DNA of 63,772 nucleotides, the filler included, from Globobulimina sp. (lineage: Eukaryota): assembly GCA_003354225.1 (NCBI GenBank). It is 31 parts of 31 records of this genome, joined end to end, with 100 filler letters (N's around TTAATTAATTAA, not from the genome) between each part and the next. Parts side by side here need not be neighbours in the genome. Positions count along the whole stretch, not along the records: positions 1 to 1,962 come from PIVH01010171.1; positions 2,063 to 4,024 come from PIVH01010172.1; positions 4,125 to 6,086 come from PIVH01010173.1; positions 6,187 to 8,148 come from PIVH01010174.1; positions 8,249 to 10,210 come from PIVH01010175.1; positions 10,311 to 12,271 come from PIVH01010176.1; 25 more parts are not named here. One strand, given 5' to 3'. Made by a program: the position numbers and the translations under genes. The notes beneath the pieces were generated by a model, which was not told the DNA's origin, did no database searches, and saw only the letters and a program-made list of their open reading frames with translations. Numbering within the stretch: the first letter of the stretch is position 1; the number at the start of each line of letters is the position of its first letter. Positions 1 through 12,371 of the stretch are shown piece after piece.

Positions 1-986
1 AACATATCTTCTTCAATAATTTCAAAATCAAATATGTCAACATTTTCCATCATATGTTTTACGTTCCAACTCCGCGGATTTATCACTATATTTTGTTGCA
101 ATTGCCATTTTAACCAAATCTGTGCAGCCGTTTTGCCGTATTTTTTACCAATATTAATAGCAACAGGATGTTGAATCAAAATCGGTGTCGGTTGCACCCA
201 ATTTCCATATTCAACATCTGGAGTACCGAGCGGAGCATAACTATTCACCGTAATATTTAATGATTGACAATAATTAACTAAGTCATATTGGTGCCAATAA
301 CCATGAAATTCAAATTGATTCACAGATGGAATGAACGAATTTAATTCAAGAATATAATTAATATGTTCTTGTTCAAAATTTGATACTCCGATAGCTTTGG
401 CACCTTTTAATTCATTGAATATATATTCGTATGCTTTCCATGTTGATTGTATACATAATCTGACACTGTATTCAGTATTTGATGTATTGCAGTATGGATC
501 AGTGGAATTTGATGGAGACCCAAATGGATAATGAATTAATAATAAATCGACATATGTTGTATTCCAAACACTTGTAGTTTTTCTCCATTGTTGAATGGAT
601 TCGTTATATCCTAATAAGTTTATCGCCGGACCAGTTTTTGAAGTGATAAAAAAATGATCTCTGGGTATCTGGGTCCAATGTTTTGTGGCAGATAATAATC
701 CATCGGCTGTTCCATTGACTGCAGTATAATCGACAGAAGAATCCCATCTTGTTGCATTGATTGAAAACCACGAAGATGACACTTGGAAAGCAATGGAATA
801 ATTCCAAATTTCAGTATATGATATATTGCTTCTTCCAGAATTATACGGTCCAGTTCCAATCCCTATGACAGGCATTCTTGTTCCTGGATTGGCCGCATTC
901 TGTAATAACACAGTTGGTATCAACCCATTTAATTCGTACGCACAAAAAAATATGCAGCAAATTAAAGTTCCAACCACAGAAGACAT
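1..986 (-). CDS. Aldo-keto reductase with predicted N-terminal signal peptide, 3' truncated
   Basis: Manual translation (not in ORF track): MSSVVGTLICCIFFCAYELNG...RMPVIGIGTG...WDSSVDY...FFITSKTG...YVDLLLIHYP...KAIGVSNF...VNQFEFH...YAPLG. Confidence 0.9.
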   Translation of the reverse strand, partial: MSSVVGTLICCIFFCAYELNGLIPTVLLQNAANPGTRMPVIGIGTGPYNSGRSNISYTEIWNYSIAFQVSSSWFSINATRWDSSVDYTAVNGTADGLLSATKHWTQIPRDHFFITSKTGPAINLLGYNESIQQWRKTTSVWNTTYVDLLLIHYPFGSPSNSTDPYCNTSNTEYSVRLCIQSTWKAYEYIFNELKGAKAIGVSNFEQEHINYILELNSFIPSVNQFEFHGYWHQYDLVNYCQSLNITVNSYAPLGTPDVEYGNWVQPTPILIQHPVAINIGKKYGKTAAQIWLKWQLQQNIVINPRSWNVKHMMENVDIFDFEIIEEDM

Positions 987-1056
987 TTGATATTGAAGTT
1001 TTACTCAAGTTTCAGAAGTGAAATACGTTTTTCTTGCGCACGACATTTTTGTTTTT

Positions 1057-1962
1057 TTACAAGTTTAGTTTTGTAATCTCAATCAACATTCTAGTTTTAT
1101 GTTGGATTTTGTTTATATTCATTGCGTCCAAATCGTTGAAAGTAATCAACTTCAGCATTCCCATCGTATCTATTCCATTCCTAATAAAAACATTATAATA
1201 TTGAGGCAATCCCAATTGATTAGCAAACCATAATTTTAATTCATTCTCATTCGATTTTATCACTGATACGTTCATTATTCTATTATCTGGAATATATTTA
1301 TAATCATTGCTCTCATTTTCAATTAATGACAGTTGTAATTTTATAGTCAAATGATTTAAAGTTTTAAATGTTTCGGTTGATATTCTATATGGACCCCATG
1401 ATGTATTTCTAGTCTCTGAATCTAAATAGCAACAGCCAGATAAAATAGTACCCGTTTCTTTGACACACAATTTATATTTTACTGACAAAACAGCGTTAAT
1501 ATCTGGCAACAATGTTACATTATTTATACATAAAACAACATATTGATTATCATCCTCATTTGTACCAAATGGGTAACAACTTAGATACCATCGCATACCA
1601 AACATATAAAATATATCACTCTCAAATATCTCTCCGTTTATTGCATTCTTCATTCTCTCCATTAAACCATACCAAATATACCATGTATAAATCTCTAATT
1701 TTGGTTCATAAATCTTACAATTGTTTGCAATAAAATTGCAATTAATATTGTATACATCGATCATTTTGATCCTTATTTTGATGGTAAAACTGTGTAAGTT
1801 TTCCAGTTGTTTTGTTTCTTGTATTCTTGACGAATTACTCACCATTCCTCGATTATTATTATTTTTGTCAACCATCCAATAGCCACATTGTATCACTCCA
1901 GTTTCAATAAATTCCATTTCCCATTTTACAAAATGACATCCACTTTCAATCCCTACTGATTT
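1057..1962 (-). CDS. MATH-like domain protein with C-terminal SAM domain, 5' truncated
   Basis: FESDIFYMFGMRWYLSCYPFG (MATH-like); LKLWFANQLGLPQYYNVFIRNGIDTM...DLDAMNINKIQHKTRML (SAM). Confidence 0.7.
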   Translation of the reverse strand, partial: KSVGIESGCHFVKWEMEFIETGVIQCGYWMVDKNNNNRGMVSNSSRIQETKQLENLHSFTIKIRIKMIDVYNINCNFIANNCKIYEPKLEIYTWYIWYGLMERMKNAINGEIFESDIFYMFGMRWYLSCYPFGTNEDDNQYVVLCINNVTLLPDINAVLSVKYKLCVKETGTILSGCCYLDSETRNTSWGPYRISTETFKTLNHLTIKLQLSLIENESNDYKYIPDNRIMNVSVIKSNENELKLWFANQLGLPQYYNVFIRNGIDTMGMLKLITFNDLDAMNINKIQHKTRMLIEITKLNL

Positions 1963-2062
1963 NNNNNNNNNNNNNNNNNNNNNNNNNNNNNNNNNNNNNN
2001 NNNNNNTTAATTAATTAANNNNNNNNNNNNNNNNNNNNNNNNNNNNNNNNNNNNNNNNNNNN
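1963..2062. other. Artificial contig spacer N44-TTAATTAATTAA-N44 (first of 30, one about every 2.06 kb)
   Basis: Identical 100-bp linker with stops in all six frames; contig lengths fall steadily from 1962 to 1959 bp. Confidence 0.99.
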
Positions 2063-2208
2063 TTATACTGAGAAAAAAATGATTAGAATATTTAGAACCA
2101 AAGATACCATGAAATTAAAAGCAAAAATAAATGACCAAAATGTATAAAATTAAAATATACTGCTGCGTGACTGGCAAGTTTTTTTTTGAAATGTCACTCA
2201 AATTGCAA

Positions 2209-3786
2209 TATGAACAGCAACCACACCGGTTCAATACATAATGTTTTAAATAAAAATCAGAAGCAACTACTAAACCAAATTGATGGATTTTCTATCAACT
2301 TGCATCAGCACCAACAGCAATTAAAATCAATTATCACATGTTATGATGTATTCATATATATATTTTGTGTGGCAATATAATACAATAATAAACAGCCATT
2401 AATGAGTTGGTGACGTTCCTACAAAATCATCTGAATTCATTATCAAATAATAATCCAAATAAAACCGCGGCGGATGAATTGTCGCAATTTTCAAATAGTT
2501 TGCACAAGAAATTGGAACTGATCGCACAATGTATCCGTAACATAGATGCCGATCAGCTGCAGCCATTAAAGGATGAAATTTTGAATGCATTGCGTGATAC
2601 TAACAACTTAATATCAAATAAAATAGACGAAAAACATAAATCATTCTCTATTATGAATGCATCAGTCAGTTCCATTCAGAAAATAATTCAAAATAATAGA
2701 AATAATATAAATATTAGCTCAGATTTACTCAAACAAATCAACATCAAATTATCTAATATAGATTTGCAAATAAAGCGTGTGCAACAAGACCGAGACCAAG
2801 ACCAAGGCAAAAGTGACGACAATGATAAACCCGAAAATCTACATTTCATTTTATCAAATTATGAAGAAACCATTCTCAACAAAATAGCAAATATTAATAT
2901 AGAAATAAAAGGTAAATTATCAGAGATTTGTGAAAAACTAAGCAAAATCAGTAATGATGAACAAAATAATAAAACACAATTGCAAAGTAACAAAACCGCA
3001 TATTCCGTAAAACAGAGTGCAAATAACTTGCCTTTGCAATCGGATTTATTGAGCACAAATATTTTTTTCAATCGTATAAATGCAATGGAGCAAAGATTTG
3101 AGTCTCGCTTATTGAAAATGTCTGAACAACAAACAGATTTTCAAAAATGTGTACTTGAGCAACTCAATCAGTTGCAAATGATGTCATCCACTAAGTGCAC
3201 CGATGTCGCTGCGTCCACTAAGTTGCATTCACAAAATGTGTACAATGGACAGCGAAGCAGTAATAATATGTCATTGTGGATGACCGTACAAGAAATTGAT
3301 CATAACACAAAAGAACTAAATTTGAAAATGCAATTGCTGAAAGAACAGCAGATAGCGCAATTTGAAACCATTACAAATTTATTTTGCAGACAAAAAGAAT
3401 CGTCATCAGTTACAATAAATGAATATCAATCAAATTCTAATAATCTGCCAAGTAAAGTAAGTATTACTCGGAAATACATGGATGATCGGGCAACGATTAC
3501 AGATTGCGATGATTTAGTGACATGGAACAAGATGGATGGCACAGAAAAACAGTATTATTGCAATGCTTTGATGAAGCGGTTGTTTCCAAATGAATTGTAT
3601 CAACATACGGTAGAACCGAAGAACTCATTTTATTTGCAATTTGCAAAGACGATAATTGAAGATTGGAAAGCAAAAAATAAGTGGAACCATGAAAATTGGG
3701 AATCAATGGATGAAAAAAAATTATTGATTTCAAAAATGTGGTCTTATTTGTTGATGAATTGGAATGAATGCATTCAACAAAGTTGA
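2209..3786 (+). CDS. Hypothetical coiled-coil protein; likely intron 2340-2395
   Basis: 459-aa heptad-rich ORF; a 56-nt GT-AG intron joins the upstream ATG exon in frame. Confidence 0.6.
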
Positions 3787-4696
3787 TGCTTTGTCAATTG
3801 TCAGCTGCAGTATTTTTAATTTATTTAAGAGCGTACATTTCAGTATAAGTGGCTACCATAGTTCCATGAGTAGTGATTCTGAATAGTTGGCGATGAAGTC
3901 TATATATGTTCTGATGAAGTAAATATTGCCTAAAATGTGTCGTCCATGACAAGGTATAACATAAGGAATGGTTAGGATTGCGTTCGGGGGGTCGAAAATA
4001 CCTCTAAAAATTTCTTTTCTGCTGNNNNNNNNNNNNNNNNNNNNNNNNNNNNNNNNNNNNNNNNNNNNTTAATTAATTAANNNNNNNNNNNNNNNNNNNN
4101 NNNNNNNNNNNNNNNNNNNNNNNNCTGGCTTTACACCTATTGTGTGTATGCCATTTCAAGTTGTGCTCACCCAACCACAGGCCAAATCCAATGTACATCT
4201 CTATTGATGTAAATACATCATACTCACACTCTACAGCCTAAAACTTGGCACTGGAGCTTTGCGCTGGTTTCGTGCTATGGTTATAAACTGTAATAATTAC
4301 AAAGCCGTTATTTTGATATTATTGGCCCCGTATCGTGGCCCGTAGAACGATAAATATTAGCACAATCAACATACTATTGAAATTCATGGACTGTAAACAC
4401 ACCAGCCCTCGGTGGTGCTACTGGTGATCGGGTGAGAGATTATGAACACCGAACAACTATCCTGAGAAACACAACCCCACAGGAGCAGTAGTACCTCTAA
4501 ATAACAATCGAAATTGAGTAAATTCAATGAAAGAAAATAAGCATTCTGTAGATAACTCGGTGCTCAAATGACACATAAAAAAATTGAAAATGATCGAATG
4601 TTGTAAAACATCACATAATTTATGCTTTTTTCCAGGACTCTGCGATGTCGAATGTACTCTCTGTACCTGAGATTGAGTTGTTGTACTTGTTCCTGT

Positions 4697-5671
4697 TTAC
4701 GAAAACAAACAGAAAAGTGCTGTACATGTAAATAAACAGAAAAGGAGAATGATACCCGATTGGGAATGCTCCCTATTATTTAAATGGTGGATTCGTAATA
4801 TAGTTCGATAATAATATTGCTTTTTTTTAATTTGATTTAAAATATGTTGAGTTTGGACAAATATCATAGAAACACATGTAAACAATACGATAACACTAAA
4901 TAAAGCATTGGATATAAATAAAGGCGTCGGTGTAAGTAAAAATATTATTGTCAATATAATTTTTGATTGTAATGCAATCACATATATAATTATAAGTAAT
5001 TTAAGTTCATGTTTAACCATAAATGTATCTAAAAATGATGGCATTTTATAGTATAAAAGAAATTGAAGTATTAAAGGAGAAATAAATAATACAGAATCGA
5101 ATGTGCCCCATAAATCGAAATCAAATAAATCATAAACAGTCAAACAATACATGAATGCGGATAATGTGGCACAAGAAATGTATACAATAAACAAACGCTT
5201 TGCGACCCATTTTGTGCTTCCATAATCTTTACGATGATTTATTATCCATTGTTCTTTTGGTGAAATACCTTTAGGATTCAACACAATTTTCCATTGCTCA
5301 TTTTTTAATGATTCTGCATACATAAATGAAAAATATATCATCCAGAATCTATACAATAAACAATATGCTACACCTTGACTACAATACGGATAGGTTATTA
5401 TCCATACAATTTTAAGTAATCTATAAACTGCTTTCTTGCCGTTTCCTTTTTCAAACGCAAAGACAAAATACGACAATGATGTGGTAACAAATAACCAAAT
5501 ACATGCAAAATAGCAGAAACATATCGTTCCGGAGATGTATCTTTTTTTCATAATTACTGTGCTTCGCACATTCCATATCCTTTTAATAAAAAGAATACAA
5601 ATCGGCATGAGGATAAAATAAAATGCTATATTCCAAACAATAGCTGCCCATAGTTCTACGTCGTTAACCAT
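4697..5671 (-). CDS. Multi-pass (about 7 TM) receptor-like membrane protein; probable 3' intron
   Basis: About seven hydrophobic helices; N-terminus resembles 28040-28423. Confidence 0.65.
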   Translation of the reverse strand: MVNDVELWAAIVWNIAFYFILMPICILFIKRIWNVRSTVIMKKRYISGTICFCYFACIWLFVTTSLSYFVFAFEKGNGKKAVYRLLKIVWIITYPYCSQGVAYCLLYRFWMIYFSFMYAESLKNEQWKIVLNPKGISPKEQWIINHRKDYGSTKWVAKRLFIVYISCATLSAFMYCLTVYDLFDFDLWGTFDSVLFISPLILQFLLYYKMPSFLDTFMVKHELKLLIIIYVIALQSKIILTIIFLLTPTPLFISNALFSVIVLFTCVSMIFVQTQHILNQIKKKQYYYRTILRIHHLNNREHSQSGIILLFCLFTCTALFCLFS

Positions 5672-5804
5672 GACTTCTCTTAATTTCAGTTTACTTATTG
5701 AGCTGTATTCTGATTATGATCTAATTATATATTTATAATCGACTATTTTTATTATTTTTATACCTCTTTGACAACGTTTAAAAACTTCTTTTTATTATTT
5801 TCTG

Positions 5805-6086
5805 ATGTCATTGTCATCTGATTCTGATTATTCTGCTACATCCGTAGCTCGTCGTGTATGGAACAGAAGCAAAACACCACGAAGCAACGAACATTTACAA
5901 CATTGGGTAAGATTTAACCGTTTATTGCATGACACAGACGACATTGTATTACAACAATGTATGAATGAAACAGTGGAAATATACTATCCTATCCTATACT
6001 ATCCGATACTACTACTACCCGATACGTTTGGAGGATGGAAAAAATTATTCGTTTTCATTAGCAAATATTCTCAACAAACTCAAATA
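5805..6086 (+). CDS. Hypothetical protein N-terminus, truncated
   Basis: ATG-initiated ORF open to contig end, divergent from the 7TM gene. Confidence 0.35.
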
Positions 6087-6186
6087 NNNNNNNNNNNNNN
6101 NNNNNNNNNNNNNNNNNNNNNNNNNNNNNNTTAATTAATTAANNNNNNNNNNNNNNNNNNNNNNNNNNNNNNNNNNNNNNNNNNNN

Positions 6187-6911
6187 GCACAGATACAAAT
6201 CCGTATTCTTTATCATCATCTTTAGCCACAATGTGTTTTTGCTCACGTTTTTCATCCAAAATATCATAAACCTAAATTTACAGAAAAACATTCGTTTAAT
6301 TCAGATCTGATCTGAGTGAACAAAACAAAAAAATACAAAAATACCCATTGTATACCGCGCGTTGGAATGGATTCAATATATGGCGCTGTAATATTTTTAT
6401 ACATCGCCGGGGTTTCGCGGATTATATAACTTTTTTTTGGTAAATTGCGACGATAAAATTTTTCAAATACTTTCATTTGCTCTTTCAATCTCTTTTCTTT
6501 CTCTCTGTCAGTTTCTTGCTTGGCATCCTGTGGTTCAATGAAGGGATAAATCACATCGACATTGAATGCTTTTGATGTGAGACAGTTTGCTGTATAAAAA
6601 CCAAAACCTTTACCAAACTTTCCAGTGGATGTTAATTGCATGCTATTCATTAATTGTTTTAATTCGGACGCTTTAGGTTTAGATGGTCGGATTTTTAATA
6701 TTGATGGTTTAGCAATGTCACCAAAATTGCCTTTAAAAGAGAGAAAATCATCACATTGAATTAGATCTTCCTCAACTTTAAAGGTGCGTAAATTGGATAG
6801 TTTGTGCGGTGGCTTGTTTGTGGGTTCTTTTTCATCATTATCAGGAATACCTGGGTTACCTATGGAGGCAACAAAGGACAATAATGCATCGACTTCAGCA
6901 CTTACCGACAT
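6187..6911 (-). CDS. DCPS: Scavenger mRNA decapping enzyme (m7GpppX diphosphatase), intron 6272-6344, 3' truncated
   Basis: VDVIYP...IIRETPAMYKNITAPYIESI...IQW spliced to VYDILDEKREQKHIV...DDKEYGFV, the DcpS signature. Confidence 0.85.
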
Positions 6912-7139
6912 CAGGTAATAAAAATTGAGTAGTGAACAAAATTAAAACCAAACTAAAAAGATGTAATTAACAATTGTAGCTGCTATTTATCTCACGGAGT
7001 CACGGTCCAATTTCATAATTGCAAACAATCAGTCAATTTTATACTGGAATTATTTTGTATTCAAGTCATAATTGCTATTGAATTATATTCCTAACAAACA
7101 TTCCGATTGTTTTACCAATCATAAATAATATTTATAACA

Positions 7140-7523
7140 ATGAGTGTCGTGCTATTATCAATACTGTGTATCATATCAATTGCATGCGAGTCTCGAGTAT
7201 TGCATACAGATTCCAGTTGGCAATTACTATCCATTGAGGAGTTGGATGAATTAATTCGAACAAACCTAGAAACAGATACACAAACTGTTCCTTTTGTACA
7301 TGATGATTCCGGGGACAAAGTCATATTCTCTGATGCCAATTTATTACATTCATCATTGCATCCAACAGGTTCTATCTCGATCGATCATTATACTCATTCT
7401 TCCTTCTTATCTCAATATGAATCGGTCCTATCGGAAATAGAAAATAACATGCTTCAAATAGTGAAAATGCAACAACACATTCAAGACAATTTTTTTGATA
7501 ATTATGACATGCAATCATGGTAA
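7140..7523 (+). CDS. Small predicted secreted protein
   Basis: MSVVLLSILCIISIACES signal-like N-terminus; 127 aa. Confidence 0.5.
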   Translation: MSVVLLSILCIISIACESRVLHTDSSWQLLSIEELDELIRTNLETDTQTVPFVHDDSGDKVIFSDANLLHSSLHPTGSISIDHYTHSSFLSQYESVLSEIENNMLQIVKMQQHIQDNFFDNYDMQSW

Positions 7524-7932
7524 AAAATATTTGCAGCTCATCTGTGTAAATGATATGCATTGTAAAATAAGCAACTGATCCCATGAACCATAATGATATC
7601 ATTGCTAAGCTAATTGTATTTTGTGTGATTGAACATTAAATTGTTTTTCTGTGTTGCTTGAACTCATTACAACAGTAAAGCGCAGTTCTTGCGCTAGCCT
7701 TACTAAATGGTAATGGGATATTTTTTTTATGATCCCAATACAACCTGTCTGAGGCTAAAGAATTAGGATAGCATCGCCAATTACTACGATCATGAACCAT
7801 TTATGGATCATATGCCGACTGCGATCCAACATTATATAATATTAAAAACCTGCTTGAAAAGAGTACAAAACCGTTTGACCATCTGACAATCACAACTATT
7901 GAGCTAATTTTCATTGAAAAAATAAAGTTTTA

Positions 7933-8148
7933 ATGGCGTCGTTATCACGTTCTACAAAGTATATCAAGTCCATGCGATATTGGAAAGTGCAATTAAATTT
8001 CGTTAATGTTCGGAATATTGTCATCAAAATTAAGGATGGTTCAGAATTCCGAGAATTTATCAAAAAATCTAAGGAAAATGAAAATGAACTATTTGCTTTC
8101 ATGTATCACACGCCATGGTGTAAATACTGTAAACAAATCGCCCCAAAA
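7933..8148 (+). CDS. Thioredoxin/PDI-fold fragment, truncated
   Basis: FAFMYHTPWCKYCKQIAPK, WCxxC active site. Confidence 0.75.
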
Positions 8149-8248
8149 NNNNNNNNNNNNNNNNNNNNNNNNNNNNNNNNNNNNNNNNNNNNTTAATTAA
8201 TTAANNNNNNNNNNNNNNNNNNNNNNNNNNNNNNNNNNNNNNNNNNNN

Positions 8249-10210
8249 ATTGTTTGTCAATTCTTTGTCAACATATTGTCCAAATTCAATAAAATTGCCC
8301 TCAACACACGCACTTAATACAATTACAAAAGTCGCAGTTTCGGCTTGTAAAAATTTGCTATATTTCTTAAATATTTCAACACATTTTGCATTTAATCCGT
8401 TAATACAATATGCATTCATTAAAGCATTGACTGTAACCATATCAATATCATATTTTTGAATTGAATTAAATATATTTTCAGCACTCGCAATATCATTCAT
8501 ATTGCCGTAAAAATCTATTAACGTCGTTTTGATTTTAATATTTGTATTAAATTGAGATTCTTTTATTTGTCTATGAATCTCAATTCCTTTGCTGAGATTA
8601 TTCGATTGAGAACACGCTTTTAGAGCCACTGTATAACAAACATTATTAATAAAAAGTCCGTAATTCTTGTTAATATTATCATAAATATATAATGCTCTCT
8701 CATTAAGACCATTATTCACTAAAACATTCAAAAATGTACCAACTGTAACAATTGTTTTTCTTTTATCTTCAATTGAATTAAATATGTTTTCTGCATTATG
8801 AATATCATTAAATTTACCATAAAAATCCATTAATGCATTTTGACAATGAATGTGCTTATTGCAATTACCAATTTTTTCATGTAATAATCTTCCTTTTTCC
8901 TCCTCTCTAAGGATTGCACATATTTTAATCGCCAAGACATGAGAAGTTTCATCTTTTTTACTATGTAAAGCAGCATCATATAATTTAATTGCTTCATCAT
9001 AACACTTATTATCAATATACGCAGTCATCATTACATTCAAAGAGATTACATCTTTTGTTTCATTGTTGTTGAATGAATTAGAATTATATAAATTTGATGC
9101 ACTTTCAATATCACCACACCTGCCATAAAAAATAATTAATGTATTTATCAGTTGTTGATTTATACATTTATTCTTCTCAATTTCGTCATGAATTTGCATA
9201 CCTTTTTCATGATCGAGTAAGTTTGAACACGCCACAAGGCCCAAATTATAAATAATAGCATCACGCTCATATTCATTTAGTTTATCATATAATTGTAAAC
9301 ATTGGTGATATAAAGCATTGTGTGTATATGCTGTCATTAAGGAACTAATACAAATTATATCTTTTTTATTTTTTTTATTTTTTCCTATTTTAATTGAATT
9401 AAATACATTCAATGCACCTTCAATATCACCAAAATGGCCATAAAAATCAATTAAGGCTGTTTTTATTTTGATAGTATCGTTCTTTTCATTTAATAGAATG
9501 TCGGAAAGATCGCAATGAATTTGTTTCCCTTTCTCAAAAAATATTAAATCGTTGCTACTCGAATTCGAACATGATTTGATCGCTAAAACGTGGGAAATTT
9601 CATTCTTTTTCTTATTGTATAAATGTAGCATTTGATCATATAATTCTATGCATTGTGTGTATAATCCATTATTAATATATCCAGTCATCAACACATTAAT
9701 TGTAATAATATTACACTCCTCCATTGAATTGAATATATCCATGGCTTTATTCATTTCCTTATAATTGCAATATAAATCAATCATCGCTGTTTTGATGTGA
9801 ATATTTGGTATTTTTGTATTTTGTATTTCTGAATAAATATGTTTTCCTTTCTCATAGCAATCAATTGAATTAATTCTTGAACTCGCTTTAATTGCCATAC
9901 AATGGCATAAATCGTCCATTTCAATCACAGATTCATTAAAATATAAATCCAATGCTTGTTTATAATGTTCATTGTATATAAATGCTTTCATCATTGAACC
10001 AATATAAAAGATATCTTTCTTATCACTACAAACTGAATTAAAAACATTCAACGCATCTTTGACAGAATGACATTTACAATATGCATTAATTAAGGCAGTG
10101 TCGATATATTCATAATGATCGCATTCAATGAGCTTCTCGCTTTTTATTAATTTTTCAATAAGTTTTAAATCTTTTATTCTATCATCAGAATTGCTACATT
10201 TTATGATTAG
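8249..10210 (-). CDS. PLS-class pentatricopeptide repeat protein, both ends truncated
   Basis: Frame open across the contig; about six P-L-S triplets, e.g. DIICISSLMTAY / YNLGLVACSNLLDHEKGMQIH / INTLIIFYGRCGDIESASNLY. Confidence 0.9.
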
Positions 10211-10317
10211 NNNNNNNNNNNNNNNNNNNNNNNNNNNNNNNNNNNNNNNNNNNNTTAATTAATTAANNNNNNNNNNNNNNNNNNNNNNNNNNNNNNNNNN
10301 NNNNNNNNNNTTCCAAA

Positions 10318-11564
10318 CACAATATGCTGTCAGAATTTGAAATGTAACATTTAAATAGGCAAAAATGGAACATTTTGGAAATTTTGGAGCATTTTTGAGA
10401 TACCATTAAGAAAGCTAATAACCTGTGAATCTAGGTTTTTTTGGATGCTCTTTTTAGTTCTTTCCATTATCTCGAGCTGCCATGCAGTGAATAGTGATTT
10501 TCACCATTTTCTTAAAATTCAAATATCTGAAATATCTGAAAAACTGCTTTTTTTTAAATGGCAGCTATAAAGTCACCAAAACCATTACGATATTGTTCAA
10601 AAGTCATATCGTACCCATATTTGAACTCAAACGATGATAGCCAGCCAAATAATCGCATTTTAGTGGATAATAGGTTTTTTTAGTGAAAAGCATTCTGAAA
10701 TTGAGAAATTTTGAAAAAAAATCGTAAAATTACGTCACATTCTCAAAAAGCATGCATTGCGACGAATATCTGTCCAGGACAAAAAAGTTTGAATTTTCTG
10801 ACGCTGCAAGTATTGAACTACACCGTAGTGCATTTTTTTTTCATTTCATTCATACAACTTTTTTTTCTATGCATTTTCATCATTGCATATTTTCACAATT
10901 CTGAAAAAAAGTAAAAAAAAACATTAAATTATGATTTTCACAAAAACATTAAATTATGATTGCGAGCGGATAAAGCATATTAATTGGAAGTATTTGGCCC
11001 AAAGCAACCAACATCGGACAGTCATAAATCCGATGATAGCGAATATTTGCCACCATCAATGAGTGGCCGACCAAGATCCCGTGACCCGGTCTCATTTAAT
11101 CTTAATCATAATAATGAATAAAATGATCCTTGCACTTGATTTGATTTGTGTTGCGTGATTGGTGCGATTTCTTTCTTAGAATTTGATTTTTTAGATCCGC
11201 TGAATATCGATATTTTTTGTAATCCCGGAATTGCGAATGTCGTCGGGTTTCCTTTTTGATATTTCTGATACGGTGTCAGTTTTGACTTTTGTGTTGACTT
11301 TGGAGGCTTTCTGGTCGTTTTTTGAGCCATTTTCAGATATTTCAGAAATTCAGATATTTCAGATATCGCAAAATATCTTGAAAACTGTTTTTTATGGTGA
11401 AGAATGGCAAGGATCAATTTTTTATTACACGCAAAGGTATCACAAACATTAATTTAGTTTATTACAACAATATCGACTTTCAAAGTCGCAATTTGAAATT
11501 TGGCCATATTTCAGAAAATGTTCCACTTTTTTTGTTACATTTCAAAATCTGACAACATATTGTG
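10318..11564. mobile_element. Non-autonomous TIR DNA transposon, about 1.25 kb
   Basis: Left end CACAATATGCTGTCAGAATTTGAAATGTAACA; right end reverse-complements to CACAATATGTTGTCAGATTTTGAAATGTAACA; subterminal ATATCTGAA repeats inverted at about 10522 and 11335; TA on right flank, AA on left; no credible ORF. Confidence 0.75.
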
Positions 11565-12371
11565 TACTACTACGAATAAGGGTCTATCGCCCCAATAAAT
11601 TGGATCCTATATATGATTATATCATATGTGTATATCTTATCGGGACCACTACTGTACCTCATAAAATGACCCCTTTCTAAATTGTTAATAATATTTTAAT
11701 GCGAAAATGCGTAATAATTATCCTTTCAAAAGTCATTAAGAAAAAGAATATGATTGTATATAATTTAATTAAATTACATAAATGACATCGCAAAAAGAAA
11801 AAGAAGATAAAAAGCCATAAATCCATAATGAATCCATAAATATAAAAATAAAAACTAAAAACAACAAAAATGACAAAAAAATGACAAAAAACCACCTGTG
11901 AGTCTTGAATAAGACGTCGGTGCCAAGTGACATAAATTCTTGTATTAAATTGACTATGTCCAACTAAGTGATTTTCGAGACCGTTACATTTCATGTCTCC
12001 AATGTCTACACTTGTCTTTTAGATTGGCGATCCTAAATATGATTCTCATTGATTATTTTCGTCTAAAAGTATCTACGACGAAACAGAAATCATATTTGGG
12101 ACAATCTAAAATCGACCCTTCCAGATTTACTTTTTTCAAGAATCGACATTTTTTGAAATCAAGTAAAAAGCATTCGGAAGTCATATGGAAGATGTGGATT
12201 ATGTTTATGGATGAAAATGGAGACGAAGAAGAAGATAATATCCACCTAGCTCAATTGGCAGAGCATTGGTTNNNNNNNNNNNNNNNNNNNNNNNNNNNNN
12301 NNNNNNNNNNNNNNNTTAATTAATTAANNNNNNNNNNNNNNNNNNNNNNNNNNNNNNNNNNNNNNNNNNNN

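Noticed and set aside
604-859. Short ORF-track entries overlapping real genes (here and throughout)
   Set aside because: Alternative-frame or antisense shadows of longer, motif-supported genes
2007-2018. TTAATTAATTAA recurring about every 2.06 kb, and ORFs running through X stretches
   Set aside because: Artificial linker; the periodicity and those ORF stops are not biological
10711-12271. Short ORFs on the TIR-element contig as a transposase
   Set aside because: No DDE or HTH motifs; composition looks non-coding
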